Assembly (NCBI GenBank): GCA_030141605.1
Contig: JAQGDQ010000258.1
Span: 258,000-321,999 of the forward strand
Reading direction: 5' to 3'
DNA length: 64,000 bases
Origin: Tubiluchus corallicola
Taxonomy: Eukaryota; Animalia; Priapulida
Positions 1 through 13,701 of this stretch are shown here, one piece after another. The notes beneath the pieces were generated by a model. That model made no database searches, was not told the origin of the DNA, and saw nothing but the letters and a program-made list of their open reading frames with translations. Both the position numbers and the translations under genes were made by a program. How positions within the stretch are numbered: position 1 is the first letter of the stretch; each line of letters begins with the position of its first letter.

Positions 1-3000
1 TGATATGGCATTATACAGCCTGTAGCTGTACCGTTTTTCTTCGGTACCATTTTTTTCGTGATATAATAGTTACACTGTAACTTTTGTGCACTGAGTGTAG
101 ATGCTCATTTAGTAATGCAGTAAAGCACTTTGATACTTCAAAAATAAACTTCTAGAATTTTGCATTTTGTAAAAAAATGTTCTAACTGAATAATTAAATT
201 GTAATAATTTTGCCACTGTGCAGACAATAGCTCACTGTTGTTGCAATTTCCTTAGAGTTCCATGTAAAGTAGCAGAACTTGAGTAAAAAACATTTTATAA
301 TTATTAAAAATTAAAACGGGTATACACAGTAATAGGATATTCACATTCTTTTTAAAGGTATTTATCAGTAGAAATATTAACTAAGGTCAAGCAAGTACCC
401 TAAAACTTATGTAATCTATTACATTATTAAATGTTCAAGCACTAACAATGCTAATTAGTGAGATACAACTGTTACAATGGGAAGACACATATGTATTCAA
501 TTGGCAATATAAACATATTCATATCAGAAAAAATTAAAAGTTTAGCGTAATATAAGAAAAATGTTATTTTAATCTAATCCTGTTGTTTTTCGTATGCAAA
601 TGGAGGATAAACACTTCTTTCATACCAAAAATAGGCAGACACTATGTTTGCGTTATAGTAATAAAGCATGACTCGCCCACCGTAATATGACGGAGTGTTG
701 CTCGCATTCACCGCGTGTCTTATTTAGGGATTACGTAGTAATATAGATATCTATGAGGATATTCAACTTCACTCAATCTGCAAATCTTGCAGATGCGGAT
801 ATTTACAATTGTGGATTTTGAGGTTGCAGATAAACAAGAAAGTGATATATTGCCCTTCTCTGACGGCGATTTCTCGTCAATATCTTTCGCGGTACGGATC
901 GATCCGTATTTTCTAGTGAATGCTTTCGAGACACGGATCAGTATTTTAACGGGTCCGTACCGTTAGTCACTGCCAAAAGTTATATATATGTTAGAAGTTT
1001 TTAAAAGATTTACAAAAGTGTTAAACTGAGATTTGATTGCTGCTATAAACTCGGTAGACAACTTAGGCTGTCACTTCTGTTTGATTCTGATTGCACCTAA
1101 TGAATTATTAAACTTAATACCCAGCTGTATATTACTACAGAAAAGGAATTTTTATATAAAATCTGCCATATTTACCCGCTAATACAATAAAATTATAATT
1201 TAGTAGTCAAATTGGTAAATTACTGCTATAGCAAATTTTTACTTGCCTTAAACTCCATAACTAATATGTATATTAGCCTTAGTCATGTATTATGTTTCCC
1301 ATCACTGCCCACTCTTTTGTACTAGCTAGCTGTTCACAATGTCACACTTTATGACTTTTTGCCCAGGATGCATAAATTTAAACATGTAATAGAAAGGTTT
1401 GCAAACTCCTTGCAATCAAGGAGGGTTGAGGGAAGGAGAGCACGAATATGAAAAAACGACGTTATTTACCAAGATGTTAGTTATCCGAAAAAGCAATTGC
1501 TTATTAGCATTCAGGCAAATTAAAAAAGTTTTTGTTTAAAATAATTCTTTAAAAATGTATATGTTCCTATTTTAAGAAGAAATCACATCCCTTTGATTAC
1601 AACTCATTAACTATAAACTGTTTTTTTTTATCGTCATACATACTCATTTCAAGACATGTTACTTAAACTTTTGTGAAAAAAGATTGTGAGAATGGGCATT
1701 TGCTTTAACAAAAACTTGCTGATATTAGTGCTTTGTTCAACTTCATAATAAAGATAAACATCACTGAAACTATTTTCGGCAAAACTTAGAGTAACCAACA
1801 AAAAAATCATACATAGTCATCTATTAAAATGTACTTTGTAGCTGCAACTGAAAGAAATTTAAGTTAAGATTTGGCAATACAGAAAAATGGAAATTGTAAT
1901 GCTTTATCTGGCCTGAAAAATATAGGGTAGCTTGCAGTTTGTATAGTTCCTTCTGATTAATACATGATTTGCACAAGTCTTTTTTTTTATTAAAGGAAAA
2001 CAGGGTGATTATTCATATCATACCACATTTTGAAGTTTAGCAAAAAATATACATTTTAACATCTATAATAATACCAAAACGATTTGCTAATTAAATAATA
2101 GGTTGAGAACTTAATTAATGGTGATGACACCCAACTAGTGGTGGCGTCACAACTAAACATAATTCTCAACAGCACAAGCATTCCACGAACAGGTTGCACA
2201 TGTATGCGAACATGAAAATTGAAATATACTGCTACAGTACAATATTCAGTGTGATATATAAAAACTCAGCAAATTTTAAGTTTAAAAATTCAGATTTCAA
2301 ATTTACCGCTGTGCTCACGCATGAGCTTTTGAATGGTTGCACTAGGTCACAAATGAACAACTGTAAAGTGAGCACCTGTTTTTAATGCATTTCCGAGATG
2401 CAGGCGCTGATGACCATCTGATCAAGTGAATGACAAAATGTGTGGGACAGCAAAGAATTAGCCACACGAATGTGAAATTACGTTTCTGTGGTAATAATTT
2501 TTTTCATTTCAGTCATTTTTCACGAAAAAGCATATGTTCCCTTTCAATGTTTTATAGGGTAGATTGTTTTGACCTATAGTTTCAGACTGAGTCTGGTGTA
2601 CCTTTAATGATTTCAATACGGCGATGAGTGTAGTTGCAAAAAACCACCTGAACTGCAAAAATTAATATTCTTTTTTCTTCCAAGTTTGTTCGAGAACTTT
2701 ATCAGCAAGAAATTTACATTGTTGAATTTTGATACTCTATTTCTCAATTAATCAAATTTTGAGGTTGTCTGCAGTTGGTAGTATATTAATAATCGTAATA
2801 ATTTTTATTTAAAATTTTTTAGACAATAAGTGTTTAAACATATTTTTAGATAACACAACTCAGCTTTGAGACTTTTATTGGTGGCTATATATAACATAAC
2901 AGAATATAAGAACATATTAACAAAGATTATTATTTCCCCTCTTTTGTCTTTATAAGATTGCGGAAGGCAGGGTAAAAGAAAATACCATGCTTGAAATCTT

Positions 3001-3251
3001 TGCCCTTATGTATGATCCAGCTGACAATCCTAACTGAAACCACAGGGTAGTTAGACTGTAATCTCAAAAGATGAAGGCAGTTGGAAAAATATACATGACT
3101 TCAAATTTTACGTCATTGGCGATGGTGGATTTGTCAAGGCATGTTTACAGTTCACATGGTTGATTTTGGGTTTTGGTTTTGAATTAAATTGAAAAATTAT
3201 GAAAGCTTAATCACAAAAAGTTTGATCTGCCCAGAATGTTAAAAAGTAATA

Positions 3252-4867
3252 TCTATACTCTTATATTAATATTCTTGGTATATATATTTATATATATATA
3301 AGATTCGAGGCTACAGCTCCGACGAGGGCACCATTTGGGGCGATCTATACATCAAACGAAAGGTCTCGATCTAGTGTCGTGCCATTGATGGTTTATTTTT
3401 CGAATCGGGCCCACCGGGAGGAACGGGAGGCGAAAAACCTCCAAAAATGGCCCTTTTTCGGCCGTTTTTTGTAAAAGTTATACGGCTGAGATGTAGAGAA
3501 CGGGAACGGGCCGAGGGGGGTGCTGGGTATGGATAGATAGCCCGTTCAGCGGTGGGTGTAGTAGGCATATTTAGAATTCCCGAGAGGGCCAGGGCGCCCC
3601 GCAACGGGCGTTTTCCCGGACCCAACTCGCGATTTTTTCGAAATTTTGACCAAACAGCATGCGGGAAAAACGTTCTAGCGGCGCCCGGTGGGACTCTCGG
3701 AAGGAGATATATAGCTCATCAGAAAGAGGAAGAACGGGGCTACACGATGATGTGGGATATATTTTAGGGCAGGTCCACCGAGAGGAGTATCAACGAGTTA
3801 GTTAGGAGTTCTATTTTTGGCAATTTTCACTTAGAAAACTGCTGACGCAAAGGCATTGTTGTGACGTCATCCATTGTACTCTACGCTGCTTATAACTTTA
3901 ATTCAGCAAAAAGCTACAGGCTTTGCGTTAGTTAAACAAACAGTAGGCACGATGTTACGGGCTTTGTGTTATAAATGTGGACTAGGTAGGATGTTCGCGT
4001 ATTATTGATTACACGTGTATTTATACGCAAAATCTTTTGCGGGGCCTTTGCTATTTATTATATTATAGCACATAGTTTCAACTTTGTGAAAAATGTTTGG
4101 AATGGTTTTGTTGTAATGCTGTGCTGTTGGTGCTTGTGCTATAGGTGTTGTCATCGTTGCCACCATCATCATCATCATCATCAACATCATGATCACCACG
4201 TGAGGTGGTGGATTTGATGTGGTGTGGTGGTGGTGTGCTTTGTGTGTTGTGCTATGGATGGTGTGGTGGGGTGATAGGGTGTGTGGGGTGTGGTGTGGGT
4301 AGTGTGGTATGGAGTGGGTGGCGTGGTGTGTGGGTGGGTGTTGTGGTGCAGTGTGGTGTTATGGTGTGGTACTGTGCGGTGTGATGTGGTTGAGTATTAT
4401 GGTGTGGGTGGTGTGGTGTGGTGTGTGGGTGGTGCGGTGCAGTGGTATGGTGTGGTGTGGTGGAGTCGTATGGTGTGGGTGGTGTGGTGTGTGGGTGGTG
4501 CGGTGTGCTGCAGCGGTGTGGTGCGGTGTGGTGTGTAGGTTGGTGGGTGGTGTGGTGTTATGGTGTGGTGCTGTGCGGTGTGGTGCAGTGTGGTGTTATG
4601 GTGTGGTGCTGTGCGGTGTGATGAGGTGGAGTATTATGGTGTGGTGTGGTGTGTGGGTGGTGCAGTGGTATGGTGTGGTGTGATGTGGTGGAGTGGTATG
4701 GTGTGGGTGGTGTGGTGTGTAGGTGGTATGGTGGTGTGGTGTGATATGGTGGTGTGGTGTGTAGGTGGGTGGGTGGTGTGGTGCAGTGCGGTGTGATGAG
4801 GTGGAGTGGTGTGGTGTGGGTTTTGTGTTGATTTGTGCACAAAATTCTTTTTGTGGGGTTTGGCTAG
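3252..4867 (+). mobile_element. Non-autonomous Helitron-like element, composite, with two 3'-end modules and an internal GT-rich satellite
   Basis: It starts at A|TCTATAC (3251/3252) and ends ...GGCTAG|T (CTAG 4864-4867), preceded by the hairpin CACAAAA-TTCT-TTTTGTG. A related hairpin plus end (CGCAAAA-TC-TTTTGCG GGGCCTTTGCTAT) lies at about 4026-4054. The body (3300-3780) is much more GC-rich than the flanks. No TSD is seen, as expected for Helitrons. Confidence 0.6.
4150..4822. repeat. (CAT)n run followed by a degenerate GGTGT/GTGTG satellite
   Basis: Directly visible. It produces the spurious V/W/C/G-rich and H/T/P-rich ORFs at 4002-4842. Confidence 0.95.
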
Positions 4868-5105
4868 TGTATTATTATTACTATTAAATATTTTTGCTCC
4901 ATTTAAGTTGCCCAGAATGACAATTTTGCATCAAACTTTTGTGTGAATGAAAGTAGGAAAGTAACAATCCAAATGTACATTTACTTGCACACTAAATAGA
5001 TATTTTTGATATTTAAGTTTTTTTACTCACTTTTTGCATTTTTTAGATAAAAACTGTTTATAAGCTGAGAAATTGGGAAGTTATTACATCCATGCGAAAA
5101 TCACT

Positions 5106-5765
5106 ATGGCAGGAGAAATTGTTGTAGTAGATGCTCTTCCGTACTTTGATCATGAATATGACGAACCAGGAGTGAGAGAAGCTGCACTGGAATTAGTAGA
5201 AGAGGAGACAAGGAGGTACCGACCAACAAAAAACTACCTGGACTACCTTCCACCTCCTAATTTCAGTTTATTTGAAACAGAGGTTTTAAAGAATGAATTT
5301 GAAAGATTGTCTAATCGTCTACCAATGGACATGTTAAGTATGAAACGTTATGAACTTCCTGCTCCTCCTGCGGGAAAAACAACAGATGTTCAAGCTTGGC
5401 AGGAATGTGTGGAAAATTCAATGGCACAGCTAGAACATCAAGCCACTCGTATAGCTAATCTAGAACTGATGACGATGTACGGGGCCAATGCATGGAAAGT
5501 GCATAACAGTATTCTTGCACAGTTGGTTGAACAAAGCCAGAAACAGTTACAGGAACTAAACAAGATGATCCAAAACATCAACTGGCATCGTAAGCAAGAC
5601 CAGACCAAAGCCGGAGAGACGCTTAATAAGTTAGAAGCAAACTGGGTCGGACTAGTGTCAAAAAATTACGAGATTGAACAAGCATGTGCTCAACTAGAGA
5701 AAGAGTTAAATGAATTGCAAGAAAGTGGTGCCACCAAGCGAATAAAATATGATGCATACCAGTAG
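5106..5765 (+). CDS. BCAS2: Pre-mRNA-splicing factor SPF27 / BCAS2 (Prp19 complex), single coding exon, 219 aa
   Basis: The translation [45 protein letters not shown]...MKRYELPAP...[26 protein letters not shown]...[12 protein letters not shown] is the recognisable BCAS2 family sequence. ATG at 5106. A polypyrimidine tract plus AG acceptor lies at 5030-5046, and AATAAA at about 5977. Confidence 0.97.
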   Translation: MAGEIVVVDALPYFDHEYDEPGVREAALELVEEETRRYRPTKNYLDYLPPPNFSLFETEVLKNEFERLSNRLPMDMLSMKRYELPAPPAGKTTDVQAWQECVENSMAQLEHQATRIANLELMTMYGANAWKVHNSILAQLVEQSQKQLQELNKMIQNINWHRKQDQTKAGETLNKLEANWVGLVSKNYEIEQACAQLEKELNELQESGATKRIKYDAYQ

Positions 5766-7981
5766 TTAGCTGGAGTAATGTAAAATTTGACTAATTTCGC
5801 ACACATTTTTTAAATTTAAACAACAATTGAAGAAAGCTTTTAGCCTGTCTTTTTAAAAAGATTTGAGCACATTTATATGCATCACACAACTTGTGGTAAC
5901 TGTGAAATTTAATTATGTTTTAATAGTTCACAACTGCTGACATACATTTTATTATAATCTTCTGGAAATTATGGCAAATAAACGTGATTAAGTTTTGTGC
6001 TGGTGAAGTGGAATTTAATTATGACTTATTTTTAGCATTCCATCTATTTCAAAAAGGCATGCTAGTTATCATTGTAAAATACTGTTGGATATTAAAACAC
6101 ACTGTAACTGATTGTAAGCAGCTAAATTTATGTGTGAAAATTTGGATGTTCTCCTTCTCGATTAACATGATTTTGATTTTGGTTACTTTGGCTGGACCTC
6201 ATAATTTATTAACTCAGCATTTGTAAACTTAAAATAGTTTTTTAGAACTCTTGTTTTATCTCCATCTCAGTTAACTTTAACTAGTGTTTGGTAAGTACAG
6301 AGTTGCAGTCAACTAAGCTAGCTACCAATTTTACATTTAACTACACTTAACAGTTATTAGCAAAAATACATAGCTTGTTAAACTTATAGTTCCAATAATA
6401 GCAGTTACTTTGACTTTCTGTCTAAAGAAAAAAGTTTTGCATTTCACTATCGATTGCTTTATTTATGTGCATTCCAATTGTTTTTCTATTTTGTTTAAAC
6501 AAAGTAAAAAACAAGTTAATTGCTTAATAACAAAAGCTTGTCTAACACATTTCAATGTTTCTGGAAATATTTCTCTTTTAATCCAGTTCTCTTTCTAGAA
6601 TAACTGATCCTGTCTTCTACAGCAATATAGAGCTTTGCAAAAATTGAAAGCAAGTCTGTTGAACTGGCAACACTTTGAAACTTAATTTGCTTAGTGATTG
6701 TTAGCAGGCATTAGCTTATGCACTTAAAAAGTTTGTGACTAAGCATAAAAAATAAAATTGAGGCTTCGCTAAAGCTACTGAACAAATGAGTCAATTTTAG
6801 TTGCGCATCTGTACTGCTGACTCACATTGGGATTACATTGTCTTTGTTATTTTTTATGCTATTTCGTTTTCATTTTAGCATTTATAAGCAAATTCAAAAC
6901 AACAACAGTTAGCACATTTGACAAAATTTGTAAGTGGAAATAAATAGTGTTCACATTATTGTGACCTAGTTAACAATGTTCAAACAATATTTATAATTGC
7001 ACTAACCTTAGTTATATAAGCATTTATTTTATACTTTGAGTTTATTAACTTAAGCAGTCTCTAGCTTTTTTTATTGAATTTTGATAACCAATAACTATTT
7101 TGCTAACTTGTCAGGTAGTTTAAATGCATTTGGGCCGTGACTTCATTTATCTAAATAATTTTACACTTTGTGCTTTATATTACAGAGGTTTAAACGAGCA
7201 TGTCCTCTCAACCTTTCATTTTTCATAAACTAACAAATCCTAATTGTTTCTGGGGCAAAAACGCAAAGGCGTATCCATGATAACAAATAACATCGTTAGA
7301 TCTATGCTTGACAAAACCGGGATTCTGTCTTCAAAATGCTTTTCAATAAAAGGCTCTCATTTAGCTTGTTTTCTTTGTTTAATTTTTACTATTAGCTATA
7401 CTGTAGTTTATTCATTAGGTTTTTAGGTGTTAGATCTCTTGAAGCGTACTTCCACTAAATTTTCGAACTTTCTACCTCTGATACATGTTTAAACAAGCGT
7501 GTCAACTATTTTATAATAACATAATTATATTTGCGTTTATAGCTGGATTGATTCTCCTTGCTCTACTGGATATAATAATAATTGTGTTAACGTAGCAGGT
7601 AAACGCTATATAAAGGCTGATTAAAATTTCTCTCATGATATGACATCACTTGATACCAGACAGGTTATGAATCAGTTTCGTTTGACAGCTTTTCGTTGAT
7701 AATTGCTGATAGTTGGTAGCGGAACTGCTACAGTATTTTTTCATTGATATAATATAGCAGACGTCTTCACTTTCAATAACTATCTAGCATTGCAGTCGGG
7801 ACTACGGTATACATTGTAGACTTAATACTTACGTAAGGTACAACGTGTCTATCCACCTACCTTATTTATTTAAATTTATTGCATAGTGGAGAACATGTAA
7901 AATGAAGTCTAACGAAAGATACACACAGTTAAATTCTTGTTCTTCTCTTAACCAGGTTTTTCTGGTTTAGTACTGATCTAC

Positions 7982-8340
7982 ATTGACTGACTGACCGACC
8001 AATTTAACAACTGCCTGATGGACAGACATGTGGATGCTTGGATGGGTTGCTTCGCTGACTGAATTGGCTGATTGACTGGCTTGACCTAATGGTAGCTGTA
8101 CTGGCTGAATCATTTGTTAGTGTATTGAGTGATTGGTTAATAATTGGGCACATTCCCTTATTCATTGTTTGGTTGCATTATAAACTAATTGATCGGTTGA
8201 TTGACTGACTGATTCACAGATATTATTAATTGATTGATTCAGGCTGACTGACTGATGACCAATCCAGTGGTTATCTTGACTGAGAGAGAATGATTGGTAT
8301 ATCGAATGCTTAGTTGATTAATTGACTGACTCACTGATTA
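7982..8340. repeat. Degenerate tetranucleotide (ACTG/ATTG)n tract
   Basis: Recurring GACT/GATT/GGCT units, for example gactgactgaccgacc and gattgactgactgatt. Confidence 0.7.
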
Positions 8341-9337
8341 TTTTGTTAATTCTAAAACAAAACGGTAAATAATTTGTCTTATTTCTTAATAAATATTGTG
8401 CAATAAAATTTCCTTATTGGTTTCTTGATTAATTGATTGCACTTATAAGTACGTTTGTTCACCATGACGGTGCATCCTTGTTTGTATTATTTTTGTTCTT
8501 TGAAATCAAAGCTTATCTCATTGCCGTAAAAGGTTTTTGCTTAAGATGTTGGCAGGACACTGAAATCAGCCCACTTGCTATGATGAAAATGGTGCATACG
8601 CGTTTTTAAACATCACATGTTTAGCTCACTACTGTAGTATATTGTTCTGTAATATTTTTCTCAAGTAGTGCTGTGTGTATATTGTGCCGTTACCTTATCC
8701 CCATCATTTAAATCTTAAAATATGTCTCTAAGCCATCAAATCTTGTTACAGCAAAAACTTGCTGTGCAACAAATATTTCTACGTGCATAATAGCATCTTA
8801 AAGATTGTAACTGTAATTTTACATATAACTTCTTAAATTTAAGCAAAAAACCACATCTAACATGTTATGATTAATTTTCATGAATCCTCATTAATTTAAG
8901 CCATAAATCCAAGATCTAGTACTACAATGCATATTAAGCCCTACTTCATTTTCTAATTAATATACAACGTCTAAAACACGACGGAGTTTTGACGGAGACA
9001 AAATCAGCAGATAATTGTAGGCCTAATTATAGTATCTGTAACTGACTGTTTATATATGCTGTTCTTTTTGTTTGTTACACTTAGACCTATATAATCTTCA
9101 TTCGTTGCTACTTGAAAAGACATACGTTTATTGTGGTAATTTTAGATTAGTTGTTGTAAGTTACCGTTTTGTTACAGATATACGTATATGTGCAGTTTGT
9201 CAATAAATAAATTAAATTTAACAGGAAAACTCGTGTTAAAATGGAAACCCAGAGTCCCAGACTGAGATGACCACCAGTTAATTCCCTAATATTTGTTACT
9301 AACTTTGATAGTATACTGCAAGATATGCCAGTAAAAT

Positions 9338-9428
<91 letters not shown>

Positions 9429-9454
9429 ATATATATATATAAATTATATATATA
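9338..9454. repeat. (TA)n microsatellite
   Basis: Directly visible. Confidence 0.97.
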
Positions 9455-10270
9455 AAAACTGACTCTTAGGCCTGTATATAATACGCGAACATTTTTAACC
9501 TAGTGCGTTGTTAACCCTGTTCACCTATTAAACACTGAACTGTCCTGTGGTAAATTTGTGGGTACACTGTCGCCATTCACACTGACTGAGCTATATCCAA
9601 AAGAGACTTATGGTGCGATATCCCTTTTTCGTAAGTCCTAGAGAACACCCTTTCTTCGAGGTGTTTGGAAAAAATTCAAAACTTTGAAAAAAGGTCGGTC
9701 GGTCGTAAAAAGTCAATTAAAAAACCATGGGGACCCCTTGAGTTCTAGGTAACCTTACTGCACCAGAAAGAATCTTTTGACCCCTTTTCTTTCTCGTTCT
9801 AAATAAGAAATAATTATCGGTTGAGGAAAATTCAAACAGAAACGTTTCATTTGAAGCATGGGGAGTAACATCTATACACATATGAGTAGAAGATTTGATT
9901 CGGTTTGATTAAATAGCTTACAGTTCTAGTTAGTAATGTTTTATTCTAATATTCGCAGCTTTCATTACATACTCGTCTACAGTAAGCTTGCTGAATCTGA
10001 AACTTGTAAAAAACTGTTTCAAGCAGTCTGCTTAGAGAAGGTTACTACAGACCCAAGTTCTTCAGACTTGTAACCAAGTTATATAAATTATGTACAGAAT
10101 CATTAGAATTTTCTGCTGGAACAAACTGGTCAATTTCACTCATGCATTAGACTGACAAATAGCCAAACAGCCATTCTGTTGATACTTTGAATGTAACTTG
10201 AATTGCCCTTAAAGTTAATTTGAGGCCACATTGATTAGCTATAATAAGCATCTTTCTGATATAATACACA

Positions 10271-13200
10271 CTAAACATGTTTCTTACCATTTGGTATTGG
10301 TCGCTTAGGATAGCGACTATTCGCAGAATCGTAAGCATAGTAGACCTTTGCTGAGTTTTCCGTCACTTGAGATTCCTTCTGTTTCTGTGGTAGGGCAGGC
10401 TGGTTATTGTAAACTGTAGTTTCCAGCAACATTTTAAGATCGTTTGTCTTTTTCTTTTCTGTTTTGTCTGATGCATCTGCATTACTCGTTGGTTTAGATG
10501 AAGAAGCTTTTAATGTATCTTCTATTGTTTTTTCATCTAATATGCGCGGTTGTCCATTAGACTGTTTGAAATCATTCTTTAGTGATTTGCTTGTGTTTGT
10601 CTGTTTTGTGGAGGACAGGTCTAAAATTTCTACTTTTTTCGTACTACTGCTTTCCGTTGGTTCTGTGTAATGCTTGCCACCACTTGTTAAAACTTTACTT
10701 GTTGCTGTTGTTGCTTTTTGGCTTGTTTTAGCATCTACAGCAATCGTTGCAGCAGTAGGCGTTTTAATTAGCTGAAGAATTGACGCATTATTATTTGCTT
10801 GTCTTACGTTATCTTGGGTACCATCAGTGCTCATACTTTGTTCGTGCCTTGATTTTTCATTTCTGATACTACTGTTGTGCAATCCACTGGTTTGTTTATC
10901 ACTGTCGAAAACTACCAAAAGTTTTTCCATGGACTTATTAGAAGGTGCAGCTTCTTGAGTGACTTTAGCTTTTTTTAGCTGTAGAGAGTGCGATGCCACT
11001 TTGTTGTTCTCTGTGTCTGAATTCTGAAGATTTAGGGAAGTGCGTGGCGTTTTTAACTCTGTAATTCTCAAGTTTGTAGGTTGAATATAATCTTCTTGAT
11101 TAGTAACAAGAATGTCTTTGCTCGAAAGTGGTTGGCTCTGCTCACTTTCCTGCGTTGAGTAGAATCCTTGTAGGATGTCAGAGTATGGATTGTTGTTAAG
11201 TGTGGACGCCTGTAGTGTACTAGGGGCTAGTGTTTGCAATATTTCATAGCCAAACACTTTCCTTTGAGGAGCGTCTGTTGTGGAAAGTTGTCGTGCTTTG
11301 GTAGAATTTGCTTGCTTTGGCAACGATACATCGGTACCTTGTTTTAAGACGTCACTATCTGATAAAGATGTGCTTTTGTAAATTTCACTTGATTGCTCTT
11401 GCTTCTGCACATCCACTGAATGGGTGAAAGTTGTGTTTTTCCTACTAGTGGGGTTATGTGCAGAAGCATCTCTATTAACCAAACTTCGCAGTTTCAAGTC
11501 TGTATTTAAATGTTCTTGTGGATCAGAATTTCTTACTTTTTTGTCTGAACTGGCTTCGTGTTTTGTGGAAGGCGAATCAGACTGATAAGAATCTAAATTG
11601 AGATAATTTTGTTTTCTTTCTTGTCTTTCATTTAACTTCCTCAGTCTTACACGATTGAAATCCTTGTTGCTTCTTTCGGTTTTTCTGAAGTCTTCATACT
11701 TTATTCGATCATTTGTATGGTCGCTAGTTCTATAACCGTCATGGCCAAGACGAAAACTGTCTTGTAGCGCCCATTTATCAAATCGTCGAGGGGAAAATCC
11801 TTTAAATCGCCTTGGTACCGTATTGCCAGAGCCATAACGGCTTCGAGATTTTAATCTTTCCACAGGACGCGAGCTCGATCGTAAGTGTTCATATGGTGTT
11901 TGTGGAATTGCAACGTTCTTCAATCTAGCAGAAGTTGTAAACCTTGGAGGTGATCTGTCTAAATCTTCTGATTTTATACTTGCTTCACTATATTGAACGA
12001 AGGTCGGTCGGTGTTGTTTTTCTTGTTGTATATGATGCTGCCTGTATTCTGAGTAATTTTGTAATGCATGAGTTTTTGAAACACGTGAGTCATAATGAGT
12101 ACCCTTGTTCTTCTGTTCGTAACCCCTTACATTATTGCTTGAAATCGTTTTTTTTCTAGCGGAATCAGATTGTAATATATCCTTTTCTCTGTCATGCTGT
12201 TCCTGCCTCGATTCAGCATGTTGATGAGTTAGAACAACCTGTTTATCAAAAGTGGGTGCTCTTGGTACATTGATTGCGGAAAGCTCCAGCAATTTACCCT
12301 GTTCATGGTCTTGAGTCACACTGCGTCTGTTGGTGCTATCTGCATCACGCCGATCATGTGAATGTTCATGAACGACACGACCATCTTGTTCTTCACTACG
12401 AACATGTTGCGTTTTTGTACCAGATTGTCTTACAGATGCTGGCAAAATGCGTTTAAACTGGTTACGTCTTTCATTGGACTGTCTGGCAACTGACGATTGA
12501 GGTTTAGGTTGTGGCCGATAAAATTCTTGCCTGTTCACTGGGACAGGACTAGCATTTAATTTCTTGATTGATACAGGTTCATCTTGGATGTATTGTGGTT
12601 GAGTTCTTGACTGGGGGTTCGTTGGAATATTTCTCGCCAATTTTCTGTAATATTCACCCTGTTCAGATAACGATTTTTTGCTAACTTTTCCAGTCTTTCT
12701 GCCCGGATAGGAATTCGCACTTCTACCTCTTGTCTGTTCTATTCGAGACTGTGGTGGAGGATTTTGGCGGTTGTTACCACGATTTGTGACGACAGATATA
12801 ACGTCGTCATTAGTTTTGTGTGTTTTCGTCAGCAGTGATGACATATCTTCATGGGTCTCTTCTGTTTCTGGTTCATTGCTTACTTTTTCTAGTAATAATC
12901 GAACATGATCGATGTTTACTCCAAAATCCACCAGTAATTTTGCCGTCGGATCAAAATCCTGGATAAACTTTTCCCCTGTTTTGGAGGGCGGCCTCTCTTT
13001 GGGATCCCGGCCAGCCACTGTACCTTCAAATGGACTTTTAGCCACTTCTTTTTTATAAGGTTTATATTGAATGGAAGAGGACCTGACTCTCTCGGTTTTC
13101 TTAGGTGCAAGTGAAGGTCTCTGATGAGTATGAGGATGTTCTTTACTCGTTCGTTGATTGTCATACCTGCCATCTTGTCGTGCAGACTCTACTGAAATTC

Positions 13201-13701
13201 CTCGATTTCCAAGAGTATTATAATCTTCCTTTCGATAACTAACAAATCCCCTCTGACCAAGATTTACTGGCGGAGGATTCGCTGAATACAGGTTAGGCAA
13301 AAAGTCTGCATTCTGGCCATTTAATGGCGGACTCTGAGTTTTGATGTGAAACCTGGCCTCAGAAAAGTTTTGATTGCTTCTTTGATCGGGAACAAAATGT
13401 GATAAAGTTCTTGCTCTGGTATAATCTGTTCTAGGCACGCTTGATCTTGAAAAAGATGCCCCCACTCGCCTACTTGCTGCTGATGCGCCCAGTATTGACG
13501 GATATTCTACTACAGACGTCGCTGTTTTTGCTACTGATGAGATCGGAAGTGCTTCAGAAGTTCTGTAGGCACTTGCGGTTGATGGCCCTCGCCTTGGAAA
13601 CGAGATACGTGATGCCACTTTCCGGTTGAATCGCTCTGGAGAAGACGGTCGTATGACTATTGGACTAACGTCTGTGAAAAACTTTTGTGGCCTCAGACGA
13701 T
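10271..13701 (-). CDS. Large exon 3 (3431 bp) of a secreted CBM14-domain protein; low-complexity S/R/Q/K/T-rich disordered region
   Basis: A 3.4-kb open frame in AT-rich DNA. The acceptor ctttttttcgtaatttcag|AT at 13702/13701 is phase 1, matching the upstream donor (G|AT = Asp). Stop at 10271-10273, with AATAAA on the minus strand at 9940-9945. A possible donor AATG|GTAAGA at 10288/10287 could give an alternative short 3' exon. Confidence 0.85.

Noticed and set aside
2120-2420. C/D snoRNA-like TGATGA and CTGA boxes
   Set aside because: The spacing is wrong, and no terminal stem or rRNA guide is evident.
2365-3060. Possible small minus-strand exons (about 2602-2652 and 2986-3033)
   Set aside because: Splice-like signals exist, but there is no recognisable protein or consistent gene model.
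3371-3767. ORFs of 84 and 71 aa
   Set aside because: They arise from the GC-rich Helitron body and show no recognisable domain.
4002-4842. Overlapping V/W/C/G-rich and H/T/P-rich ORFs
   Set aside because: They are translations of the CAT and GGTGT satellites, open in many frames on both strands.
5073-5105. N-terminal extension of BCAS2 in the ORF track
   Set aside because: It begins at TTG. The conserved family start is the ATG at 5106.
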